From positions 1 to 64,000 of IMG/VR virus record IMGVR_UViG_3300030503_000566: a DNA stretch of 64,000 nt; one strand, written 5' to 3'. The position numbers and the translations under genes were made by a program. This DNA comes from a virus. Positions 37,397-46,994 of this stretch are shown one piece after another (within the stretch, counting starts at the first letter, position 1; every line of letters begins with the position of its first letter). Below the pieces are notes generated by a model. It was not told where the DNA came from. It ran no database searches and worked only from the letters and a program-made list of their open reading frames with translations.

Positions 37397-40300
37397 TTAA
37401 GTGCCCTGAGGGGGTTGAATAATAGGATATCTGGGTCCTCTATCACTATCAGGGTACATCCATCCGGGGTCTGTAGGCTCAAAATCCTTATCAATTGCTC
37501 CTCCCCTTGGTAAATCTGGAGCATAAGGATTAATAAGATCAAATTCTTGCAATAACTCTTCAAAACCTTTTTTGGTGGACTTTCTCTTCTTGGTGGGCAT
37601 TTTAGGTGGGTTTTAACTATTACGATGTTTTATACAGTATCCTGCTAAACAAAGGCATAAGATAAGAGCTAATATAAGCACTACTCTTATTGGTATTTGG
37701 GTGGGGTCCATAGATATTGATTTTTAGGTAAATATAATTTGTCTAACAGATCTCCTTTAAGACTAAAGAGCCTACAAACTTCATTGATTAGTTCTTCCTC
37801 CCTTTTTCTCTCTTTAATAGCACCCATCACAAGCTGTATAGCTATTTTCTCATATTTAACGGCCTCTAATAGATGTTTAGTCTTTATACTTGAATCAGAG
37901 GCACTGTCTGCCCTACCCTTGCAAACTGTACTCATCGAATCCCATAAATTAGATTCAACTACTAATCTATTTTCATCGCTATCAAGATATGCTAAAGAGT
38001 CAAGAATAATTAGTCCTCTCTCAATGCTATCAATATTTGTAAGAGTACATTGCATAAATGGTGTAACGGCATTCCACCCAGCTACTGAATCTGTATCTTT
38101 TTGATGTATTACCCAAGGACCCAGTGTGTCCTTAATTTGTGCAAATCCACCCATAGAGATAAAAGTACTAAAGATCCAAATGATTGCTTGTTTCATGATT
38201 TAATTTTTAGCGCGTGTAAATTTTTGTACCCAAAATTCAGTTCCATAGAGCTTGGTTTTCTCCCCTTTTATAATAGAGGACAATTTATCATCTAAGTAGT
38301 TGTCATTTAAGGAGATATGGAACTGAGATTTAATATCCTCAAGGGTAGGTTCCTCCCAATATACTATCTCTAGTGAGCTAGTGGGACTCTGGTGCTCTTG
38401 GGATTGCGACAAAAGGATCCAAATCTGTTCCATCTTTGTTTAATTTAATGATTAAAGCGCATTCTAATAAAGGGCACTAACTGGGTTGTGTATCCCTCTC
38501 ATAGCTACCTATCCATAGGGGTGGTGCTGCTGGATGCTGACAAAATTCCTCATACGAATCATATAATGGACAATTAAGACAGTTTCTTACATTAGTTTCT
38601 TGTAGCATCATAAAATACCTTTTGTCTTTTGTTGTATAAATCAATAAGATATCTCTCAAATCTCCTCCTAATACTCTCTATTTCCCACTCAACTCTATAG
38701 GCTGCATGAAGGGCATTATATATATCCTCTCCCTCTACTCTATGAGTAGTATCACTATAGGTAAGTATAAGGTAGCCCATCTCATTATTACCAAATGGAC
38801 CTTTACTAGGAGGCTGTATAGTTCCCGTACATCCTCTACCTATCATATACTCAACTAACTGTAATACTATTGGATCTTTATCCCACATTCTTCAAGGATT
38901 TAACTCTAAAGATATATTGTGTAGGTTCTGTACAACTATAGATAAAGGCTGTATATAGGTTTCCATCATCGAGATAAACATGCAGTGTCCCTCCCCCCTC
39001 TATTTGTTTGAATACCTCTATCACACTATCTACTTTTAATTTTTTCCCTGTAGTATTATAAGAATAGGTAAATGGTTCCATTAGTATTTGATTTTTGACA
39101 TTTGATCTAATGCTTGATCCATCTCTTCATTAGCATCTACAAACTTATTCTCACTCTCAGTATGAGCATTGAGAACATCAGTAATTCCATTAGCTGCATC
39201 AAGACTCTCCTCACTAAGATCTTGAATAATCTGATAGGTATAGTATTTGTTTTTTCCTATATAGAGTTCGTGAATCCACTTATTTATCTGGTCAATAGTG
39301 TAAGATTTCATATACTAAGGTTTAAATGTTCCTTTATTAGCGATAATATTTTTGCAGATACCTATTAATCTCTCATTATCTTTTTTATAAGTTCTTCCAA
39401 ATTCTTTGGCTTTACTCGTAACATCATTGACATTCCAAAAGGTAAGAGTATCTTTTTCATCTGTTATACCTCTCTTTTCAAAAGCACTCTCTATAAGACT
39501 TAACTGGCGTGGAGTAAACGCTCTTCTTAGGTATTTTCTCCAGTTGTAATCATCTTGTAATGCCTCAATACTCCAGCTTCTATAAAACGCACTCTCAGAC
39601 CCCTCTATATCAGATAATCTTAAATTATCACCCAAATTGACTAGACTTATAAAGCAAGAGCCTAGAGCACACGCCTGACATGTGTTATTTGAAAAAACAC
39701 TATCAAGAGGTATATCCTCATTATTGATCTTTTTTTTATTTTTTATATGTATATAAAGACCCTCTTTAGGTTTTATTTTACCTTTGGAGATTTGTTTGAT
39801 AATATCTTTTGCAATAGCTACCCTTTTCTCAGATTTACTAAGCCTCCAAAAAGCTTTATTTTTAGCTGATAATTTCTGTTTCATTATTAGTTATTTTAAA
39901 AGTTAAAAAAAGTGCCATAGAAATGGCACTACATCACTCAAATCGTAAGTATAACACGTCCTAAACTCTTTCTTTAAGGATTGCTATCTCCTTAGTAATA
40001 CGTTTTTTGTCATGTTCTGAATAAAGAGGGAAACTTGGTCTTTGCTTGAGATAACTATTATTTACAATTTTGTCAAAATCTTTTGTTTGCTCCTGTAATC
40101 TCATCAATGCCCCTTGTCTTCTAGCTTTAGCTTTGGGACCCTGTGATAGGTGCCCTCTTTTCCAAATTGTCATCTTCTACTTGTTGTTTTGTTTTAAATA
40201 ATCCATGGGGAAAATATATTCTATCCCCACAACATGAACATGTTTCATGAAATTCCTCCAAATAAAAGTAAGGATTGGGATATGCTTTTAACATAGCTTT

Positions 40301-41699
40301 AACAGATTCAACATTTTCAGGTCCTTTATCGTTAATATCAAAATTAAAGCTTTCCTCAACATGATATCTGTTACCTATAATGAGATCTTCATAAGGTTTC
40401 CTATTTGAAATACAAACTACATAATTATCTTCCATGATAGAGTGTTAAAAAATCAGCCCACTATAGGTGAATATAATGGGCTGAGACCATTAATAATTAT
40501 CAGATAGCTACTATTCTGCACCCTCTAACTCCTCCTCAAGGAGTTCTTCTTTGAGGTCAAGGCACTCTTCCTCTGCATCCTTTGCTACGGGATTATCACT
40601 ATCAGATTTTGTGGGATCAAATGAAGCTACTTCGCCCTCCAGAGTCTCAGGATTACGAACTTCTTTTGCTCTGTTGTGTGCTGCGGGTCTCTCTGCATGT
40701 TTTACATTCTTGTGCATTGTTTTCGTTTTTATGATGAATAAATAGAGAATTAACTTAGATATTATCTATCCTTAATTTGTAGAAATAAAGTATCATTTCT
40801 ACTCCATACTAATAGCTCACTAGGATTCCCCCTGTCTCCTACACTATCAATGTCATGATCATCAGGCCAATCTATATAACTATATTTAGTAGGGCAATTA
40901 GGAGAATGGTGATGTACACTGCTAGTACTTGTGTCACTTAAAGCCTCTTGTATATCACCATTATCATTTGAGGCAGGTAATAAAAGTCGCTCTTCATCCC
41001 TATGACCATTATAATAGCCAATGGTATAAATAACACCAAATCCAAAAACTGCCACTAGTATTACTAATAATATACCTAATAGTTTCATAAACAACGATTT
41101 AAAAGTTGATAAATTAGAGTGGATTCATAAGGAGGATATTTACCTCATATAAATAACCTAGTTTTCCCAGTGCTAGTAATACTCCCTCCTTGTTATTTGA
41201 GGGGCCAAGATTGGGAAGAATCTCTCCACATGTACTAGAGGTGGGTTGAAGTTCTACTATTTCAAAAGTGAGTAATAATGGGCTCATCTCTGTGCCCCCA
41301 CCTGTAGTGATCTCTTTTTTGTATGTGAATGAGACAAAGTATTTTTTCATTCGTATAACGTATTTAATAGAGTTAATATTCCAATTATGATAATAAAAAA
41401 CAGAAAGATAATTGTAGTGACTTTTCTATCCCTATCATCATCGTTAGGAGTAAATGAAGTTGTATCATGAATCATATACCTTTGGTTTTATCTTTCTCAA
41501 GATCGGATATTCTTTTTTCCAATCCCTCAACCTTTGTAGCAAGGTTAATGATACTGGCTGATATCTTGCTAATTAACTGATCTAAACTACTCATTGTTAT
41601 AGCTATCTCGATCATTTGTTGGGCTAATTCTTCCATAAAATTGTTAATTTTAACATTAATAATAAATAAAATGGCCCCTTGTAGAAACAAGAGGCCCAA
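37397..41699 (-). CDS. array of ~16 small hypothetical early genes (e.g. 37687-38196, 38200-38433, 38592-38888, 38878-39081, 39081-39311, 39315-39884, 39961-40173, 40127-40435, 40511-40717, 40762-41094, 41114-41350, 41472-41636)
   Basis: Co-directional, closely spaced ORFs with A-rich Bacteroidota-type initiation regions; terminator hairpins at ~39908, ~40448 and ~41665. Confidence 0.65.
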
Positions 41700-41726
41700 C
41701 TTAACTCTAAATTACAAACGCTACAA

Positions 41727-41954
41727 TTACTTTAATTGAGGGAATATTAGCATCTCCCATACACTGAGTTTAGATTCAGTAGTTTCAGGGGTAGCCTCCA
41801 TCAGATCTTTACTAAGATCCCTGAAGAATTGTAATTTGGTAGCATCTGCAAACGGTTGGGTACTTATACCCTCCATTAGAGTTATTAATTTCTCGAAATT
41901 AGGACTAGAGCCTCTTATTTGAGCAAGCTCTTGCTCTGTCAATAAATGTTGCAT
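41727..41954 (-). CDS. hypothetical protein
   Basis: 75-aa ORF preceded by AACTCTAAAT motif. Confidence 0.65.
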   Translation of the reverse strand: MQHLLTEQELAQIRGSSPNFEKLITLMEGISTQPFADATKLQFFRDLSKDLMEATPETTESKLSVWEMLIFPQLK

Positions 41955-41980
41955 AGATTTTTGTTATTTAGAGTTTAAAA

Positions 41981-42178
41981 TTACACACTCCCACTTCTAC
42001 TCCAACTCCCACTCCAACCCCAACTCCCACTCCCACTCCCACTTCTACTCCAACTCCCACTTCTACTCCCACTTCTACTCCCACTTCTACTTCTACTCCA
42101 ACTCCCACTCCCACTCCCACTCCCACTCCCACTCCCACTTCTACTCCTGTATAATTTATTCTGATGTGAGGTAATCAT
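41981..42178 (-). CDS. Ser-X (SG/SR/SW) repeat peptide
   Basis: ATG overlaps the upstream TGA (ATGA); 54 residues of alternating X-Ser. Confidence 0.6.
   Translation of the reverse strand: MITSHQNKLYRSRSGSGSGSGSGSGSWSRSRSGSRSGSRSGSWSRSGSGSGSWGWSGSWSRSGSV
41987..42148 (-). repeat. 27 degenerate hexamers (GGG/AGA/TGG/AGG + AGT)
   Basis: Plus strand actccc/acttct/actcca array. Confidence 0.95.
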
Positions 42179-42453
42179 AAAGTTGATTTAAAAGATTCAC
42201 CGAAAGATTCAATTGCTGAATTTTGTATATACCATTCAGAGGCAAGTTTTTGAGCATCTTTAAATTTACTATCACTAAAAGCTCCTGTTTCAAAGACTTG
42301 ATATACATCCTTTAATTTAATACAACTTTCATTTACTCCTACTAATTCACCATAGTAAAAGTAATTAAAGCAAAAAATAAGAACTTTCTTACCTAATAGT
42401 GCAAATAAACCCTCTATAGGGACATCGATAACTTGTGTTGGTAACATTTTCAT
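42175..42453 (-). CDS. Sm/LSm/Hfq-like fold protein
   Basis: LLGKKVLI....YYGELVGVN...IKLKDV = Sm1-like motif; WYIQNSAIESF = Sm2-like motif. Confidence 0.6.
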   Translation of the reverse strand: MKMLPTQVIDVPIEGLFALLGKKVLIFCFNYFYYGELVGVNESCIKLKDVYQVFETGAFSDSKFKDAQKLASEWYIQNSAIESFGESFKSTL

Positions 42454-42478
42454 TTTATTTGATTTAAGTGTTTATAAA

Positions 42479-42730
42479 TTATTTAATACCTGCGTGTTGT
42501 TTTATATAATCAAGATTGTTATTGATGGATATGATCTCTTCTGGTAATAAGGGGAAGCCCATTCTATATCTGCATTTAAATTCTCCCTCCTTAAAGTCAA
42601 ATAGATGACGAGGGCTAGTGTTCTTATAAGTATTGCGATATAACCTACTCATCGCAGAGTAGGCATCAGAATCTAAAAGTGATTCCATGTATAAAGGTGG
42701 TCCCTCTTCAATTCTCTTTTCCATCTTCAT
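42479..42730 (-). CDS. hypothetical protein
   Basis: 83-aa ORF. Confidence 0.6.
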   Translation of the reverse strand: MKMEKRIEEGPPLYMESLLDSDAYSAMSRLYRNTYKNTSPRHLFDFKEGEFKCRYRMGFPLLPEEIISINNNLDYIKQHAGIK

Positions 42731-42978
42731 GTTGGTTTATATATTCAAGGGTGGTATTATAGGCAGTTTTTTGGCTCCCTTTTCTTATAAGCTTATGGAG
42801 ATCTTTAGGCTCCTCAAGCATTAGCTGATTCCACTCCTCTTGGAGCTTATTAATCCTCATTTTTAACCAAGATTTAATCTCTTCCATTATTGTGTGTATT
42901 CGGTTGTATTATTACTGCTAGGATTATAAATACTAACAGTAGAATGAATGCCATAGTAAATAACATAAAATGGTGTAT

Positions 42979-43431
42979 TTAATAGTTTTTTAGCAAGAAT
43001 TCCTCCTGCAATTCATGTTTAAACTCATAGTGAAACCTCTCTTTCTCCTCTTTAATAGCATCTTTGACTGACCATCCAAGAGCTACTCTAGCCAATACAG
43101 AGAATGTAGAAGTTCTACCATGCCCATGAGTACAGTGTATAAGAGCAGGTTCTCTAAGCTTTGTTACATCTGCAATGAACCTGTTAGCCTGTATCACAGT
43201 AGGAATTTCATGATCCTTGACTCTGAACTGTTTTATCTTTATCCCTATACCTTTTACTGATCTTATATCAATATTCTCAGGTCTAAGATCAAATATTACC
43301 TTGATTCCCAATACGTTATGTAACCACTTATATTCATACCTATAGAGAGGTTGAGCACTACGGTATATATTTCTCCCCTCATCTAGTATACCAAAATTCC
43401 TAAGGGGAACTAGTCCAAACTCCTTTTTCAT
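42979..43431 (-). CDS. protein tyrosine/dual-specificity phosphatase
   Basis: YRSAQP, FDLR, DH..P, HCTHGHGRT (CX5R). Confidence 0.9.
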   Translation of the reverse strand: MKKEFGLVPLRNFGILDEGRNIYRSAQPLYRYEYKWLHNVLGIKVIFDLRPENIDIRSVKGIGIKIKQFRVKDHEIPTVIQANRFIADVTKLREPALIHCTHGHGRTSTFSVLARVALGWSVKDAIKEEKERFHYEFKHELQEEFLLKNY

Positions 43432-43453
43432 TAGTTTAAATTTAAGAATTAAG

Positions 43454-43527
43454 TAGGCTCATCAAGACTTGAACTTGAAACCCCCAAGGTATAAGCTTGG
43501 TGCTCTAACCAATTGAGCTATAAGCCC
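43454..43527 (-). tRNA. tRNA-Ile, anticodon UAU
   Basis: GGGCTTA TA GCTC AATTGGTTA GAGC A CCAAG CT-TAT-AC CTTGG GGGTT TCAAG TTCAAGT CTTGA TGAGCCT A; complete cloverleaf, no encoded CCA. Confidence 0.9.
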
Positions 43528-43535
43528 ATAAAAAT

Positions 43536-43722
43536 ACAACCTACAATTAGCTCGGTTGTCTTATGGCTTATTACTGAGCATGTCCCTCCTCAGTTTATCT
43601 GGCTAATCAGATATTTGCAGCTACCTATATATTGCTGTTTTGCCATAGGCCCAAACCCCTATGATCCTGAACTTTCGCCCTTACAGCAGCTTTTTTCCTT
43701 GTACTTCGGTATACAGGCATAT
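43536..43722 (-). ncRNA. candidate structured RNA B upstream of tRNA-Ile
   Basis: Three-way junction TGCTGT/ACAGCA holding GGGC-GAAA-GTTC and TCATAGG/CCTATGG, plus TATCTG/CAGATA, ACTGAG/CTCAGT and ACAACC/GGTTGT hairpins. Confidence 0.5.
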
Positions 43723-43891
43723 TAAAAATCAAGGCTAGATCTTATTGGAACCCTGCAAATAGTACTCCAATGAGTTTATTTATGAAGAAACAACATTACA
43801 ATCATGAGCTTACTATGATGAGGTCTTGCCTCAATAAACTTCATTGCTATAGCATCTAAGTCTATCTTATCCATAGTAATAAATTTAAAAG

Positions 43892-44167
43892 TTAAAGTCT
43901 TTTATCAGTATGAAACTGTTGAATTTGCTGACCCTGATTTACCCAGCTTCCCGGCCCCATATCATCAGGACGATAATAGACTGTATGACAACTCTCACAT
44001 TGCTTTTTCTCCTTGTTCAGAGTACTGATATCATGCAGTCGACCACCATCTTCAGGACATTCATTATTGCATATCTTTTCGTAGTTGTTCATAGATAACT
44101 TGTTTAAACGTTCTGTTTTTGCTGTATCCAGTTTAAGCATAATAACATCTTGATCAGTGGAAATCAT
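43892..44167 (-). CDS. small Zn-ribbon protein
   Basis: CPEDGG...CESC; start placed at MISTD. Confidence 0.55.
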   Translation of the reverse strand: MISTDQDVIMLKLDTAKTERLNKLSMNNYEKICNNECPEDGGRLHDISTLNKEKKQCESCHTVYYRPDDMGPGSWVNQGQQIQQFHTDKRL

Positions 44168-44280
44168 AGATAATTGATTTAAAGAATTAAATAAAGCTAG
44201 TTCTTTGTGTTTTACTCTTAGGGTAGCTGTACCTCTCACCACTGGAAAACTAGCAAGCCGCTGCTTCTTTAGTAAGTTAA

Positions 44281-44390
44281 TGATACCCAAGTTATACAAG
44301 GTTCATAACCCCTTGAATCAGTATACGTCTATACTGCTTGTACATGGTCTAATCCATACGCTACTCCTTTGAGATATAACTTAAGTATCA
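44281..44390 (-). ncRNA. candidate structured RNA C
   Basis: 16-bp closing stem TGATACTTAAGTTATA/TATAACTTGGGTATCA (G-U pairs valid only on the minus strand) enclosing four hairpins. Confidence 0.5.
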
Positions 44391-44395
44391 AAGAG

Positions 44396-44800
44396 TTATG
44401 CAAACTGTAATTCCTCAATAGCTGGTAATGAGGATATTAATTCTTCCGCTGTAATAGGGGGATCGCTAATCTCAACCGATAATCTTCTTTGATAGAAAGA
44501 CACCAAGCTTCTAATATCCATCAATGCAGCTAATACTCTTTGTTTAGGAGTTTCTTGGTTATAGGAATTAGATAACCCATCATTTATACTAGTAACCTCT
44601 GATTCAAGGTATGTCCTTATTATTCTTTGGAGTGCAACTGCCTCTTTAGTAACTTCTAAAAGACCAGTACGGCTGGATCCACTCCCACAATGCCCCAATG
44701 CACAGAATGCTGTTCTCTCTGTATTGTTATAGTTACCCTCGTACCAATTTTCCTCAGGTATTGCCTGAAACTTTGCGATAAAATAATCGACTGTGTACAT
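44396..44800 (-). CDS. paralogue family B member 1
   Basis: MYTVDYFIAKFQAIPEENW...CALGHCG...IND...Y.QETPKQRVLAAL. Confidence 0.7.
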   Translation of the reverse strand: MYTVDYFIAKFQAIPEENWYEGNYNNTERTAFCALGHCGSGSSRTGLLEVTKEAVALQRIIRTYLESEVTSINDGLSNSYNQETPKQRVLAALMDIRSLVSFYQRRLSVEISDPPITAEELISSLPAIEELQFA

Positions 44801-44811
44801 AATAAATGTTT

Positions 44812-45296
44812 TTAATGTGATAAATAATATAAACATGACCATAGGAGTATCGCAATAAAGAAGGTTATCACATTAAGATTGTTTTTTTTAACCCCTCCTT
44901 CGAGAGAATCTTCGATAAAGCTAATAAGATATAGCCATGTAAAAACTAGAGCAAATGCAAAAACGAATGTAGGTAACATAAATATGATTTTTATAATATG
45001 AAAGTAAAGCCCCAAAGGACTAATAGGGTAATCCATGGTCCAATTAATGCCCCTGCCAATTCATACCAGACCTCTCCTTTTTTCTGTTGCTCGTTCTTCA
45101 TGCGGAGAGGCCTAAATATTCCCACAATTAGCATTACAGCAACTGAACCATAAAAGGAAAGATTGAAATGGAGACCTATAATAGGAAAGTACCATAAACA
45201 GGCTTTGTAAAGCACAAAACCCTGTATAAATGCTCCCAATATTATAAGAATGGGAATGAGAAATATTCCTCCTACCACTGCAAGAAATGATTTCAT
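44812..45296 (-). CDS. two small membrane proteins (44812-~44979; 44991-45296)
   Basis: Multiple hydrophobic helices. Confidence 0.6.
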
Positions 45297-45319
45297 AAAT
45301 AGAGTTTTTAAATTGTTGA

Positions 45320-45496
45320 TTAATTATCATGTTCCTCATCATAATCAGGATCATCCAAAGGGTCAATGGTATTAGCCCCCCTTATGTTCTCTGCTGAGAG
45401 ATTATATATTATATCACCCCTTGAGTTCTGTGACAGCAAATACTTCCTTATCTCCTCAATAGTGAATTTGTCTTCAATATCATATGTTTGTGACAT
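45320..45496 (-). CDS. small acidic-tailed protein (58 aa, not in track)
   Basis: MSQTYDIEDKFTIEEIRKYL...LSAENIRGAN...DDPDYDEEHDN*. Confidence 0.6.
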   Translation of the reverse strand: MSQTYDIEDKFTIEEIRKYLLSQNSRGDIIYNLSAENIRGANTIDPLDDPDYDEEHDN

Positions 45497-45646
45497 AAAT
45501 GATATTTTAAATGGTTAATTATTCCTCAAAGAGCTTTATATCAGCTTCCATGAGTTTATAGAGTGCAATAGCCCATAATAGAGCTACTATACCAAAAGCA
45601 ATATTTCCTAGCATAAAATTAGAAGTTTAAGTGGTTATTAAAATGA

Positions 45647-46132
45647 TTAATGATTTGATGGTTTGTAAAAAGGGCACATTTTCTCATCTTTTAAGAATCT
45701 ATCAAGATGGTCTCTAACAGCTATTAATCTCTCTTTTACCTTTAGATAGTCCTCAGAGTGATCAAAATGAGTCCACATTGAGACATCATCTTTACCCCAA
45801 ACATCAAACTCTAATATCAAATTAGGTTGTCCATGCTTAGAGATTAATGCCTCCCTTTGTTTGTTTGAGAATGACATGTTTAATGATTTTTGGTGTTAAT
45901 GCTATATAATGTGGTGTTAATTAATGCCCCTATAGGTAAGAATGGCCTTAAGTTTGTCAATAAATACCTGCCGTTGTGATATCCCACTTTCAGCAAATAT
46001 TATTTCTTTTTTGTATTGAGGAGGATTTCTCCTATAAACAGCTAAAAGTGCATTTTTCTCATCTATTTCAGCTTGAGTATCAGCTATATCTTGCTGTATC
46101 TCATTAGTGGAAATATGATCGAACTCTTTCAT
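45647..46132 (-). CDS. two hypothetical genes (45647-45877; 45917-46132)
   Basis: Co-directional ORFs with A-rich leaders. Confidence 0.65.
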
Positions 46133-46153
46133 AATAAATTGATTTATAAAGGT

Positions 46154-46366
46154 CTATGATGCACTCCTAATAGTTATAGTTTTACCTAGATTGTTAGTTC
46201 TATTCTTACCTTTCCTCTTCATAGTCTCTTGGACTCTTGAGGTAGTAAGACCTAAAGCTTTGGCACAACCAGTAATAGTCTCAAATACTCCTATAACTCT
46301 CTTAGTTTCAACATCATAGACCTTACATTTTGTCTTATCAAATGCAAATCCCTTAATATTACTCAT
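46154..46366 (-). CDS. NUMOD1-like DNA-binding protein
   Basis: VYD..T...IGVFETITGCAKALGL. Confidence 0.65.
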   Translation of the reverse strand: MSNIKGFAFDKTKCKVYDVETKRVIGVFETITGCAKALGLTTSRVQETMKRKGKNRTNNLGKTITIRSAS

Positions 46367-46505
46367 TGGTTATACCTCTACTGATCAAAATGGATTTCAG
46401 TTTATGAATTTCTTTTCTTGTATCACCTGCCTTTTTTAATTCAGCACGTTTATCCCGGATATCTTGTAATATCTTTGCTGTAGGCCATTTGCTAAAATCT
46501 TCCAT
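46359..46505 (-). CDS. 48-aa paralogue of 45917-46132 (not in track)
   Basis: MEDFSKWPTAKILQDIRDKRAEL...IHKLKSILISRGI. Confidence 0.6.
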   Translation of the reverse strand: MEDFSKWPTAKILQDIRDKRAELKKAGDTRKEIHKLKSILISRGITNE

Positions 46506-46657
46506 AAATAGTTTTATTCAGCCCTCTCATAAAGGTCATTCTCCTGATCTATAGTAAGGCTATTGTCTGCTGTAATGACTAATAGCCTTATATAATTTGC
46601 TGGATTGTTGGGAAATGTGTACATAGATGGTTGATTTAGAGTTATTTAATATATTTA

Positions 46658-46972
46658 CTACAATTTGTTTAGTTTGCCTTGCTTTATATCATTAAGGTAG
46701 GCCAATATCCTTAGTTTAGGAGTATCCTGTGTGTACAGTGGACTTAGATTATCATTTACGACATCTATCCTGGGGAAATAATTCACTGTTAAACTGTATA
46801 GAGCAGAAGCTTCTACTGAATCATCTATTTCATTCTTAGCTCCACATTGCCCATAAGCACAATACCTAACTGAAGATCCCTGATCATCCCTACAGATAAA
46901 CTGGTACATACACCACTTATCATCAGGTATATCTTCAAACTTCTTAATATAGTGGTCGATATCGTATTTCAT
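46658..46972 (-). CDS. paralogue family B member 2
   Basis: MKYDIDHYIKKFEDIPDDKW...CAYGQCG...VND...Y.QDTPKLRILAYL. Confidence 0.7.
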   Translation of the reverse strand: MKYDIDHYIKKFEDIPDDKWCMYQFICRDDQGSSVRYCAYGQCGAKNEIDDSVEASALYSLTVNYFPRIDVVNDNLSPLYTQDTPKLRILAYLNDIKQGKLNKL

Positions 46973-46994
46973 AATACATTGATTTTTAACTGGT

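Noticed and set aside
41987-42148. CRISPR array or DGR repeat
   Set aside because: Contiguous hexamers with no spacers; no cas or reverse transcriptase gene and no TR/VR pair seen in the window
43432-43453. Theta (HDV-like) ribozyme downstream of a phage tRNA
   Set aside because: The tRNA-Ile trailer is 22 nt of AT-rich leader; no GC-rich nested pseudoknot follows any of the three tRNAs
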